DNA of 32,000 nucleotides from Saccharolobus solfataricus (GCF_900079115.1 NZ_LT549890.1:420001-452000); one strand, 5' to 3'; counted from the stretch's first letter, positions 18,176 through 27,520 are shown. The notes: a model not told the origin generated them from the sequence alone. A program made the numbers and translations.

Positions 18176-20980
18176 ATGTATAGTGATTTCTTCAACTCCA
18201 TAGCTTTTAAATGGCAAGCGGAATGGGAGAAAAGTAAAGTATTCGAAACAAATATGGACTACTCTAAGCCTAAGTTTTTCATAACGGTTCCTTTTCCTTA
18301 TACAAATAGTCCAATGCATGTAGGTCATGGAAGGACTTATATTACTGCAGATATTTACGCTAGATATTTAAGGATGAAGGGTTATAACGTATTATTCCCA
18401 TTTGCTTTCCAATTTACGGGTACACCTGTTTTAGCTATAGCTGATTCAATAAGAAGAGGAGAGGTTGACGTGATTGAGTTCTTTAAGAATGTCTATGAAG
18501 TACCACAAGATAAAATCAAAGAGCTGGAAGATCCATATAAGTTGGCTGAATATTTTAAAGAGGAAATGAAAAATACAGCGAAAAGCATCGGTATGAGTAT
18601 TGACTGGAGGAGAACCTTTACAACAACTGATCCTAGATTTGAGAAGTTCATACATTGGCAACTAGGTAAACTAAAGGAACTAGGTTATCTAGTAACTGAA
18701 GATGATGTTGTTGGATATTGTCCTAATGATGGTTTCCCAGTAGGTATGCATGATACAAGGGGTGACATAGAACCAGAAATCACTACGATGAATGTTATCA
18801 TGTTTGAGGGCAGCGATTCCTATAATTTCATGGTAGCAACTTCAAGACCAGAGCTAATATTCGGAGTAGTAGCACTAATGGTAAACCATGATGCTAACTA
18901 TGTGGTTGTCGAATATGAGGGCAAGAATTTTATAATATCGGAAAAGGCCTACAAGAAATTATCCTTTCAGAAGAATATGAAATTAGTAAAGACTATCACT
19001 ACATCAGATATCGTTAAATTATATGCAATAAACCCAATAACTGGAAGAAAGCTTGAGATTATCAAAAACAAGTACGTGGATCCTTCCCTAGGAACTGGAG
19101 TTGTAATGAGCTATCCAGCTCACGATCCATTTCACTATTTAGCGATGACCGAGACTAATAAGGAATTTGAAGTAATACCAGTAGTAGAGACTGAAGAACT
19201 TGATGAGATACCCGGTGAAAGTGCAGTTTTGCAAACTAAGAATCCATATGCATTAAAGGACTTCATGGAAAGTATATACAAAACCGAATATTATAAGGGA
19301 TATATGAAGGATATAATATTGTCTTTAGTCCCTGATTTCTTAAAACAATACGTAAAGGAAAACATCGTCGGAAAGCAAGTTCAAGAGGCTAGAAAAAATA
19401 CAATAGAATTATTGAAATCCCTAAATATCTACGATACTATTTATGAAATCTCCAATGGTCCAATTTACTGTAGATGCGGATCTGAAATCGTGCCTAAAAG
19501 GATAAAGGATCAATGGTTTATAGCTTATGATAATCCTAAGTGGAAAGCGTCAGCACTTAAGGCTATAAATAATATCGAATTAATACCGAATCCGACTAAG
19601 ACCGAGCTAGAAAAAATTGTATTTAATGCCAGAAAAGAACCTATAGGGAGAAGTAGAGGCATAGGGGTTAAATTACCTTGGGATGAGTCACAAATTGTTG
19701 AAAGTTTAAGTGATTCTACATTATACACTCTTCTATACACCGTGATCTATAAAATGCCTATTAACATCGAAAAGGAGATCTTTGATTTTATCTTTCTAGG
19801 AAAAGGAGATGCTAAAGAACTTGAAAGGAAGTACGGTACAGATCTTATCCAACTAAGAGAGGAATTCCTATATTGGTATCCGGTGGATCAAAGACATACC
19901 GGAAGAGATTTAATTCAAAATCATATACCATTTTATATTTATAACCATCTTGCAATTTTTGGTGAAAAGTACCTACCTAAGAGAATTGTAATCAATGGCT
20001 TTGTGAGAGTTGGAGGAAGAAAGATGAGTAAAAGCCTAAGAAACATTTACACATTATCCAAAGCAATCAAGGAATTTGGCGTGGATCCGGTAAGAATAGC
20101 GTTAACCTCAACTTCAGACCTACTGCAAGATTTAGACTTTAATGAGAATTTGGTAAATCCAATTGCCGAGCAACTGAAGAAGATTTATGATCTAATAGAT
20201 AGATTGTTGAGCATAAATACTGAGATTAAAGAGTTAAGGACAGCAGACGAATGGATATCCTCCAAAGTTAGGGATATAATAGAAAAGGTGAATAATAATA
20301 TCACATCTTTTAAGTATAGGGATGCCGTGAATTTACTTCTATATGAGATTTACGAGATTTTAAGAGATTATTTTGATCTAGTTGAAATACCCAATCAAGA
20401 GGTTATAAGGAAAATATTATCCATATGGATAAGGGCTCTTGCACCATTTGTACCACATATTGCAGAAGAATTATGGCATAAAATTTCAAGTACTTTTGTT
20501 TCTTTGGAAAAGTACCCAGAACCAAATGAATTAAATCTGTATCCAGATGCCATACTAGAGATATCCTACATTAATAAAATTATAGAAAATGTAAGGGAAC
20601 TGGAGGATATTGTACATAAAAAAGCCGAAAAAGTAATAATATACATTAACGAGAGCGAGAAAGTCAAAGAATTAATGAAAAACGCAATAAAAGCTGTTAA
20701 CGAGGAAATTCCATTAAGGGAATTCACTGCAAACACTGAAGATAAGATTGCAGAAAAAGTTTACGTTGTTGTATCGAAATTAGACAAAGCTATAAGAGAT
20801 TATCTACTGAATAATGAAATAGATGAAGAGCAAATAATAGTAAAGAATATGAATTTCCTATTAAGGAGATTAGGTGTTTCAGAAATAGTAATATACAACG
20901 CAGAAGACCCAACGGTACCGGATGTAAAAGGAAAGAAATCTCAAGCATTACCTTTAAGTCCTGCTATTGTGGTAGAATAA
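18176..20980 (+). CDS. leuS: Leucyl-tRNA synthetase, archaeal type
   Basis: HIGH motif [15 protein letters not shown] motif [10 protein letters not shown], and CP1 editing-domain motif [16 protein letters not shown]. Length is 934 aa. Confidence 0.95.
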   Translation: MYSDFFNSIAFKWQAEWEKSKVFETNMDYSKPKFFITVPFPYTNSPMHVGHGRTYITADIYARYLRMKGYNVLFPFAFQFTGTPVLAIADSIRRGEVDVIEFFKNVYEVPQDKIKELEDPYKLAEYFKEEMKNTAKSIGMSIDWRRTFTTTDPRFEKFIHWQLGKLKELGYLVTEDDVVGYCPNDGFPVGMHDTRGDIEPEITTMNVIMFEGSDSYNFMVATSRPELIFGVVALMVNHDANYVVVEYEGKNFIISEKAYKKLSFQKNMKLVKTITTSDIVKLYAINPITGRKLEIIKNKYVDPSLGTGVVMSYPAHDPFHYLAMTETNKEFEVIPVVETEELDEIPGESAVLQTKNPYALKDFMESIYKTEYYKGYMKDIILSLVPDFLKQYVKENIVGKQVQEARKNTIELLKSLNIYDTIYEISNGPIYCRCGSEIVPKRIKDQWFIAYDNPKWKASALKAINNIELIPNPTKTELEKIVFNARKEPIGRSRGIGVKLPWDESQIVESLSDSTLYTLLYTVIYKMPINIEKEIFDFIFLGKGDAKELERKYGTDLIQLREEFLYWYPVDQRHTGRDLIQNHIPFYIYNHLAIFGEKYLPKRIVINGFVRVGGRKMSKSLRNIYTLSKAIKEFGVDPVRIALTSTSDLLQDLDFNENLVNPIAEQLKKIYDLIDRLLSINTEIKELRTADEWISSKVRDIIEKVNNNITSFKYRDAVNLLLYEIYEILRDYFDLVEIPNQEVIRKILSIWIRALAPFVPHIAEELWHKISSTFVSLEKYPEPNELNLYPDAILEISYINKIIENVRELEDIVHKKAEKVIIYINESEKVKELMKNAIKAVNEEIPLREFTANTEDKIAEKVYVVVSKLDKAIRDYLLNNEIDEEQIIVKNMNFLLRRLGVSEIVIYNAEDPTVPDVKGKKSQALPLSPAIVVE

Positions 20981-20982
20981 GC

Positions 20983-21918
20983 ATGAGACACTTTATAATA
21001 GATTGTGATACCGCTGAAGACGACGTATTAAGCCTATATCTTTTATTAAAGAACAACATTGACGTAGTTGCAGTAACTATTGTTGAAGGTAATATATCGT
21101 ACGAACAAGAGGTAAAGAACGCACTATGGGCTTTAGAACAAGTCAACCGTGAAATTCCAGTTTATCCCGGTGCGAATAAGCCATTATTAAAAAATTACAT
21201 AACAGTTGAGAAGGTACATGGAAAAGGTGGAATAGGCGATGTAACGGTTGAACCTAAAAGGTTAAAAGCCCAAGAGAAACATGCGGCATTAGCGATCATA
21301 GATTTAGCAAATGAATATGCGGGAGAATTGGAATTTTTAGCGATTTCACCTCTAACTAACTTAGCTTTAGCCTACTTATTGGATAATTCGATCGTAAAGA
21401 AAATTAAGAAAGTCTGGGTAATGGGTGGTGCAGTATTCGGAATAGGTAATATTACACCAGTAGCAGAGTTTAACATTTGGGTAGATCCAGATGCAGCTAA
21501 AATAGTATTTAACGCTGGTTTCGATATTACAATGATACCGTGGGATGTAATAATCAATTACCCAGTAACGGATGAAGAGTGGAATGTAATCAAAAATATG
21601 AAGACTAGAATGAGCGAACTTTACGTTTCAATGTATTTACACTACAGACAATACTCTTCAACGGTACAGAAGATAAATGGTCATCCTCATCCTGATGCAA
21701 TTACAACTGCCATAGCTATCGATGGAAGTATAGCAACGAGAAGAGAAAAAAGGTTTGTAGTAATAGACAACACCGATAATATTACCAGAGGTATGACACT
21801 AGTGGATAGATTTGATGCCGACACTAGTTGGTCTGACAAACCTAATGCTGAAATAGTTTATGAAATAAATAAGAAAAGCTTTATGGAAAAAATTTATGAT
21901 TTATTAAATTGGTTTTAG
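20983..21918 (+). CDS. Inosine/uridine-preferring-type nucleoside hydrolase
   Basis: N-terminal aspartate cluster [15 protein letters not shown] (DxDxxxDD), plus ISPLTNLA and [11 protein letters not shown]. Length is 311 aa. It starts 3 nt after the leuS stop. Confidence 0.9.
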
Positions 21919-22124
21919 CTCTTTAAAATTTGAATTTTTACAACTCCTTCATTTTCATCGTAAATTACCTTAACTAAATCTCCTTCCTTTACTGGGAACT
22001 TCTGTCTTACTTTCGCTGGTATTGTTACTTGATAGTTACGAGAAACCTTTACAACTTCTTCAACTGGTAGCACTTTACGGTTTTCTCCTCCTCTTGAACA
22101 GTTTTTTGATCCCACCCGCCTCAC
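21915..22124 (-). CDS. AbrB/SpoVT-type DNA-binding protein gene disrupted by an IS; the present ORF is a hybrid whose first 17 codons come from the IS end
   Basis: [23 protein letters not shown] is a typical AbrB/SpoVT swapped-hairpin motif. The original ATG-CCA-GTT lies at 23223-23215, on the far side of the IS (see findings). Confidence 0.6.
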   Translation of the reverse strand: MRRVGSKNCSRGGENRKVLPVEEVVKVSRNYQVTIPAKVRQKFPVKEGDLVKVIYDENEGVVKIQILKS

Positions 22125-23214
22125 GGTAAATACTTTTTATCAATCTGGCCAACCTTTTGGCCCCGAGCATCAGACCCGTGGAGTACTTGAAGTATTGAAC
22201 AACGAGGAGGGAGAGAGCCTTCAAGGCCACGAAGCCTGAGTTCCTAACCCAGGTCAAGAAGGACCCACCCTCGAGTCCCAAGGCCTTGAGCTCCCTGATC
22301 AAGACCTCTATGTCCCAACGGTTCTCCCAGGTCGTTATGATATCTTCAGCCGTGTCGTTAAGGTCGGTGGAGAAGAAATACCTCCTCCCGTAACCCTTAT
22401 AGTCATCTATAACAAGTAACTTTATGGGAGTCCCCAAGTACTCTACCAGGTACTCCCCTTGGGGGAACTCGCTAACGGGCACGGATCTGCCACCCTCGAC
22501 GACTCGCGCGCTGGACTTGAGTTCCCCCACAGTATTCCCTTGGAGAGTCCTCGAGTTCACGTACCATGAGTCGAAGACCCTAGCTTTTACATTCAAACCT
22601 GAGAGGGAGGAGAGAAACTCCAAGAGGGCATCTATCTTGGTCTTGAACTTCACCTCCTCACCCCTACGCTTGAGCTCCTCTTCCACCTTTCGGGGTATGT
22701 AGGCAATTATGTGGATCACGTAGATCTGGTTGTTCACCAGATCCTTGACGCCAATCACAAGGAGTTGGATCGCGGGTTCGAACCTCTTGTGCGCCCTACA
22801 GTAGAAGATCTGCGCCCCGTTTCTGGAGACCGGCATGGCCCTAGCGTAGAGCTTGTGGTCGTGGGTGTCGTCCACTATGAGAAGGACAGGATGATCCCCG
22901 ACTAACTTCTTCACGACCTCGATTAGTTTGGCTTGAGCTGCCTTGTCCAAGTTATTCAGTACGGTCTCGTAGTCCATCTCGGCCTCTTGAGCTATCTCGG
23001 TAGCATTTCTTCCCACAACCGCCCCCAAGAGTAGCCTCTTGGCAACGTCCTTCCTCGTTCCAGTCATGGATAGTATGACCTCGTTAACTGCCTTTTCCAA
23101 TGCCTTATAGTACTCCTCCCTCGTCAATTCTTTGGTCATACCAAAATTAAAGGTTCTAATTTTAAAAAGTTTTTATGGGCCTCTTGAACTGCCAGGATTT
23201 TCCGATAAATGCTA
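22068..23214 (-). mobile_element. ISC1217-like insertion sequence, copy A, 1147 bp, apparently intact
   Basis: Imperfect terminal inverted repeats TAGCACTTTACGG / TAGCATTTATCGG (10 of 13). There is a 6-bp target duplication AACTGG at 22062-22067 and 23215-23220. It has a single 354-aa DDE ORF and a near-identical second copy at 27914-29059. Confidence 0.85.
22075..23139 (-). CDS. DDE transposase of the ISC1217-like element
   Basis: 354 aa. Candidate catalytic residues lie in LLIVDDTHDH, RVFDSWYVNS and WENRWDIEVLIRELK. It is G+C rich relative to its surroundings. Confidence 0.85.
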   Translation of the reverse strand: MTKELTREEYYKALEKAVNEVILSMTGTRKDVAKRLLLGAVVGRNATEIAQEAEMDYETVLNNLDKAAQAKLIEVVKKLVGDHPVLLIVDDTHDHKLYARAMPVSRNGAQIFYCRAHKRFEPAIQLLVIGVKDLVNNQIYVIHIIAYIPRKVEEELKRRGEEVKFKTKIDALLEFLSSLSGLNVKARVFDSWYVNSRTLQGNTVGELKSSARVVEGGRSVPVSEFPQGEYLVEYLGTPIKLLVIDDYKGYGRRYFFSTDLNDTAEDIITTWENRWDIEVLIRELKALGLEGGSFLTWVRNSGFVALKALSLLVVQYFKYSTGLMLGAKRLARLIKSIYREAGGIKKLFKRRRKP

Positions 23215-23392
23215 AACTGGCATAAAAATGTATTAGTAAAAGAAGGTTTAAATATTTTATCAAACTCTAAGAAAAGACAATACTTGAAACTATTAAGGAC
23301 TATTAAATATATAGAGCGTTAATTATACAGTTAAGTGAAAAACAGTAAGATTTCCATAATAGTTTTATGGCCCCATTTCCTAATTTTATAAA

Positions 23393-24379
23393 ATGGAAAG
23401 AATAGTGGAACTTGAAGAACAAATAAAAAAGGAGAGGAACAAAGAGAAGAGAAATACCCTATATATTTCGCTTATCCAAGAATATCACAATTTATATAAG
23501 AAATATAAGAATACTGAGTTCTTGGATCGAGCACTATCCATTGCAAACAAAATTGAAAAGAAAAACCCTACTGTCCTAAATATTTTGGGGCTAATATACC
23601 TAGAAAAGAGAAGGCCAGATATAGCAATTTTAACCTTTAAAGAACTACTTAGCAATTACAATCTAAATAATGAAGACAAAAATGTAATCTTATACAATTT
23701 ATCTTTAGCTTATTTTCAAAAAGGGGAGCTATTAAATGCGTATAACACATTAAAGGGATTAGTATTAAACTCGAGAGGAGAGATAAATGTTCTAAGTAAG
23801 AAATTATTAGTGAAAGTTTGTCTAGCACTAGGAGAAATCAGATATATAGAAGAGGCGAGAGAATTATTGGAGGAATTTAATATTCCCTCTGAGGAGCTTG
23901 CAATAGCATATGCAGCACTGGCTAAATACTATAATGACAATAAACTATTAAAAAAGGCTAAAGATATCGCCATAGTTTTAGGAAATGAAAAAATTCTAGC
24001 TGATATACTTTCAATATCAGACGACGAGGAAGATTTAAGGAAAGCAATACAGATTTATGAAAAACTTGGAGATCATAATAGTGAATTGAAACCATTATAT
24101 AAGCTATCGAATAAAGATCCATCCTTATTTGCGCAGATATTGGAAAAAATAGGAAATCTTGAGGATAGTAAGGACAAGCTTGTCATCCTTTATGACATCT
24201 ATAGGAGGACGAAAATTCTACAATTCCTTAAAGAAGCAATAAAAACCGCTGAAAAACTTCAAGATTATCTTTTCCTAGCTAGGGCATATTCAGAGTTAGC
24301 CAATTATGAAGAAGAGGTAACTAATCTGAGAAAAGCCATTTCGTTCTACGAAAAGTACATTGAGAAAAGCCAAAAGTAA
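23393..24379 (+). CDS. TPR-like repeat protein, 328 aa
   Basis: Repeated helical hairpins of about 34 aa (LNILGLIYLEKRRPDIAILTFKELL; ILYNLSLAYFQKGELLNAYNTLKGL; LARAYSELANYEEEVTNLRKAISFYEKY). Confidence 0.55.
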   Translation: MERIVELEEQIKKERNKEKRNTLYISLIQEYHNLYKKYKNTEFLDRALSIANKIEKKNPTVLNILGLIYLEKRRPDIAILTFKELLSNYNLNNEDKNVILYNLSLAYFQKGELLNAYNTLKGLVLNSRGEINVLSKKLLVKVCLALGEIRYIEEARELLEEFNIPSEELAIAYAALAKYYNDNKLLKKAKDIAIVLGNEKILADILSISDDEEDLRKAIQIYEKLGDHNSELKPLYKLSNKDPSLFAQILEKIGNLEDSKDKLVILYDIYRRTKILQFLKEAIKTAEKLQDYLFLARAYSELANYEEEVTNLRKAISFYEKYIEKSQK

Positions 24380-24410
24380 AAATATATTCACCCTCTCTTC
24401 TTATTATTTC

Positions 24411-24743
24411 ATGATAAAACATGCTGAATACACCAGGCATGGAATCACAGAACCCCTAATGCTAATAATGCTCTATAAAAAAGTTGAAGATGGCAAAATA
24501 ATATCTGCGTTTAGATTTTCCGTGTATAAAAACATGATAATAATTGTATATGAAGAAGATAAGCTATCTGGGGGAGAAGTTCTAGACTTCGATATATATA
24601 ATATGACGAATTTGATAAATAAAATTAAAAAGTATTATGATGAATCAATTGACGATATAGTTATATTTGGGGAGAAACAATATGTAGACGAATTTCTAAA
24701 CAAATTCCTAAGTGATGAGGAAGAAGAAACAGAGAAAAGATGA
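24411..24743 (+). CDS. Hypothetical protein with an acidic C-terminus
   Basis: The ORF opens at 24360 (TTG) and overlaps the TPR gene. The first ATG is at 24411 (MIKHAEYTRHG...). It ends SDEEEETEKR. Confidence 0.5.
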   Translation: MIKHAEYTRHGITEPLMLIMLYKKVEDGKIISAFRFSVYKNMIIIVYEEDKLSGGEVLDFDIYNMTNLINKIKKYYDESIDDIVIFGEKQYVDEFLNKFLSDEEEETEKR

Positions 24744-25172
24744 AGAGCCATTCATGCTCTGATTACAATGTTAACAAGGGTTTTCTATCCTATTTTAAAA
24801 TCATTATTTTATCATCTAGCTGACTTAATAGTTAAAAATTCCCATGGGGACTAACGCTAGTATTTTGGAAAAGTTCTTAGACTATGATCTAGTGGTATAT
24901 CCTTTGCCTAAAGCTATAAACTTTCTGAAAGCACTAGCGAAGTAATAACTTGTTAACGGTACTAAGTGAAAGAACTATCACGTTCCCCTTAATATACTTC
25001 CTAAAGACGCACTATTAAGCATAAACATATACACAACAATTTCTTCATCGAGTTATCTTTTTCAGATGAGATATTACAATTTGCTAAGGAAACTTGAATT
25101 TCCCAAGATACGTGAATATCCTCCAGGTTCTAGTGATAGATTAAGCTTATATTTAAATTTAAAATAATTTGG

Positions 25173-26230
25173 TGCTTTGTGGATTGCTTCAGAATTGTAC
25201 AAAAAGTTTATAAATTATTCGTTTAAGTATTACCTATGGAAAAGAGTAAGTACAAGAGGGACTGGAGCAAGTACGACGAGAACGTCATTACTAGATATAA
25301 GTTGATGTTCCCCTTCTACGTATTCGAACATTGGTGGGACTTATTAGCAGAGGAGAACAGGAACGCTAGGACAAAGTATAAAGCTCCGAAGGAGTTCAAC
25401 GAATTCCTAGCATTCTTACACATCTTCCTACCTTACAGAGCAATAGAAGGAGTATTAAGAGCCTTAGAACAATTGAAGATCATCCCCACAAGCCTCGATT
25501 ACTCAACAATATGGAAGAGAGTGAGGAACATGAAAATAACCTTCCCCGAGGCAAGTGACGAACTTGAAGTAATTGCAGACGCTACAGGCATTAGCACAAA
25601 CACGGGAGGACAATACATTGTTGCCAAGTGGGGTAAGACTAGGGATTCAAAATTCCTCAAGATCGAGATAGTAATGGACAATAACGAATTCAACGTGATA
25701 AACGCTGAGGTCACTAGCAACGAGGTTGAAAGCGCTGTAAAAACAGTTAAGGATCTTCAAGATAAGGGAAAGAAGGTCAAGAAGTTTTATGGAGATAAGA
25801 CATATGACGCCAATGAGGTTTACAAGACCGGAGTTGAGGTTGTAGTTCCTCCCAAGAAGAACGCTTCTACTAAAAGGGGCCATCTTGCTAGACGTAAGGC
25901 TGTGCGGGAGTTTAGGAAGTTGGGTTATGATCGTTGGAGGGAGGAGAAGGGTTATGGCGTTAGGTGGAGGGTCGAGTCCTTGTTCTCTGCGGTGAAGCGT
26001 ACTTTTGGGGAATCGGTTAGGGCAACAAGTTTTGCTGGACAAGTAGTTGAGGCTAAGCTCAAGTTCTGGGCTTACGCGTGGATGGTTCACTTGGCGAATT
26101 CTGTAGTCGGTAGGGCTCCGGGCATTAGGGTGTAAGCTTGAGAGGAACGTTGAAATAAATATTAATTACTGAAAAATTAGTGTTATACAATATCGTTTTA
26201 ATGAGACAAATTGAACAAATCAACAAAGTA
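25173..26230 (+). mobile_element. ISC1058-like IS5-family insertion sequence, about 1058 bp
   Basis: Imperfect terminal IRs TGCTTTGTGGATTGCTTCA / TACTTTGTTGATTTGTTCA (15 of 19). A direct repeat ATAATTTGG (9 bp; up to 11 bp shared) flanks it at 25164-25172 and 26231-26239. Confidence 0.75.
25236..26135 (+). CDS. IS5-family DDE transposase
   Basis: 299 aa. Motifs are VIADATGIS, FYGDKTYDANEV and RWRVESLFSAVKRTFGE, the last being typical of the IS5-type C-terminal E region. Confidence 0.8.
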   Translation: MEKSKYKRDWSKYDENVITRYKLMFPFYVFEHWWDLLAEENRNARTKYKAPKEFNEFLAFLHIFLPYRAIEGVLRALEQLKIIPTSLDYSTIWKRVRNMKITFPEASDELEVIADATGISTNTGGQYIVAKWGKTRDSKFLKIEIVMDNNEFNVINAEVTSNEVESAVKTVKDLQDKGKKVKKFYGDKTYDANEVYKTGVEVVVPPKKNASTKRGHLARRKAVREFRKLGYDRWREEKGYGVRWRVESLFSAVKRTFGESVRATSFAGQVVEAKLKFWAYAWMVHLANSVVGRAPGIRV

Positions 26231-26468
26231 ATAATTTGGTATACAGAATACTCTACTAGGAAATAAGTTAGTATAATTCGTAATAATTTATTTTAAGAAA
26301 TCAATAAAAACAATTAAAAATCAACATGTTACGATAAGTGCGTTATATTTTTAAGCCAAATTCTTTCAAATATTTTCCAACCGGCGTCTTAGCTACTTTA
26401 GTTTTGCCCAAATAAAATATTAAGTTGACGAAGATTTTCCTTAACTGAATACATGAATTCGTCAATTT

Positions 26469-26790
26469 TTAAAGCCCTTCAAAACCTAAATTCTCTAATA
26501 GTTTTTGAGATTTAACATTTCTTTCATCTACCCATACAGTAAGTATTCTCGTATCTGCAACTCTTAACGAGTGACTAAGCACAGCATATACTAATCCCTT
26601 ATCTCTAAAATCCTTATTCACAGTATAAACTATTTAGCCAACACGAGGTTATCTCTAATCCGAAATATCTATCTTTACTTAACTGAATAGATCCTACTAA
26701 AACATTATAATCATAAGCTAAAATCATTATCGTCTGTCTTCTCCAACTTTACACCATTCAACTGTTTGATTCCTATTAATTTCGCTATAC
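26469..26790 (-). pseudogene. Degraded GNAT-type N-acetyltransferase gene
   Basis: The minus-strand 3' part reads IVYTVNKDFRDKGLVYAVLSHSLRVADTRILTVWVDERNVKSQKLLENLGFEGL-stop, a GNAT motif A/B region. The upstream part needs at least two frameshifts and contains in-frame stops. The track shows no ORF of 60 aa or more here. Confidence 0.45.
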
Positions 26791-26877
26791 CTTACTAAGG
26801 TATAATTATCTGCGTCTTTAGATAATAGTATAGAAATCTAAGAGTTGAAGAAGAGAGTTGAGGAGCTGGAAAAGAAA

Positions 26878-26919
26878 GTTAAATAGAATTTTTTGTTGAT
26901 AAACTGGGGAGTTAACACT
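26878..26919 (+). repeat. Direct repeat copy A (about 41 bp), upstream of the C/D sRNA gene
   Basis: AGTTAAATAGAATTTTT...GGGGAGTTAAC. About 35 of 42 positions match copy B by hand alignment. Confidence 0.6.
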
Positions 26920-26982
26920 ATCTTCCTATCCAAATATTATTCCTATAGGGATACTAATTTGGTACAAATAAAAACGGAAAGA

Positions 26983-26990
26983 TTTTTAAA
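26983..26990 (+). promoter_or_regulatory. TATA-like box TTTTTAAA for the C/D sRNA
   Basis: It is centred about 26 nt upstream of the first base of the terminal stem (27013). Confidence 0.4.
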
Positions 26991-27012
26991 CCCCAAAATC
27001 AAGAACTAAATC

Positions 27013-27085
27013 GGGGAGCGGGGAAATGATGAGTGGGGTCAGAACTGAACCCTGATGAATTACCCTGCAACTGACCCCGCTCCCT
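27013..27085 (+). ncRNA. C/D box sRNA with a 10-bp G+C-rich terminal stem
   Basis: C box AUGAUGA 27026-27032; 12-nt guide GUGGGGUCAGAA; D' CUGA 27045-27048; C' cUGAUGA 27052-27058; 12-nt guide AUUACCCUGCAA; D CUGA 27071-27074. GGGAGCGGGG (27014-27023) pairs perfectly with CCCCGCUCCC (27075-27084). A T-tract lies at 27093-27096. Confidence 0.85.
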
Positions 27086-27150
27086 ACTCTTATTTTGATT
27101 CAGAAGGAATAAAGTTAACTTATAGCGACCTTACCTCGATTTTCCTCTTT

Positions 27151-27191
27151 AGTTAAATAGAATTTTTCTTAGTTAACCGGGGAGTTAACTC
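27151..27191 (+). repeat. Direct repeat copy B (about 41 bp), downstream of the C/D sRNA gene
   Basis: See copy A. The first 17 nt are identical and the GGGGAGTTAAC core is identical. Confidence 0.6.
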
Positions 27192-27199
27192 AATTAGAA

Positions 27200-27520
27200 T
27201 TAGCTTATCATCCTCTCAATGGCTTTCCTTATCTTATCTTTCGTAGCAGAGAGCTCTGCTATGACCTCGTCATCTTCAAGTTCCTCTAATACGAAGCTAA
27301 GTACTTCGTCTAATTGAAAGTAGACTCTGATTAACTTGGTCAGCTCTTCTATCTCTTGTGTTTCAGCCGTTATCAGCAGTTTCCGATAAACCGTAAAGTT
27401 TATATAGGTCAATATGAAAAAATCACATAATATAATCTGATGATGCACCACCAAATGTGGGTCTATATCCCGAAAGGCTGGTGCTGAGATACAAGATGTG
27501 CGGGTTGGGAGTGTTCTCAT
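27200..27520 (-). CDS. Hypothetical small acidic helical protein; the annotated ATG lies inside the adjacent IS inverted repeat, so the true start is uncertain
   Basis: The C-terminal 60 aa (ETQEIEELTKLIRVYFQLDEVLSFVLEELEDDEVIAELSATKDKIRKAIERMIS) look like a real helical protein. The N-terminal part looks non-genic. A possible TTG start lies near 27410. Confidence 0.3.
   Translation of the reverse strand: MRTLPTRTSCISAPAFRDIDPHLVVHHQIILCDFFILTYINFTVYRKLLITAETQEIEELTKLIRVYFQLDEVLSFVLEELEDDEVIAELSATKDKIRKAIERMIS

Noticed and set aside
24740-24762. Half C/D motif AUGAAGA-12 nt-CUGA overlapping the stop codon of the 24411-24743 gene
   Set aside because: No second box pair follows at the proper spacing. 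This is most likely coincidence.
27437-27487. C/D-box-like arrangement cUGAUGA-40 nt-CUGA on the + strand
   Set aside because: The C-to-D spacing fits the archaeal norm. However, the positions expected for D' (UGUG) and C' (AUAUCCC) are not box-like and there is almost no terminal pairing. A rough estimate says about 0.3 such C+D coincidences are expected by chance in a window of this size. It is worth a glance in small-RNA data only.
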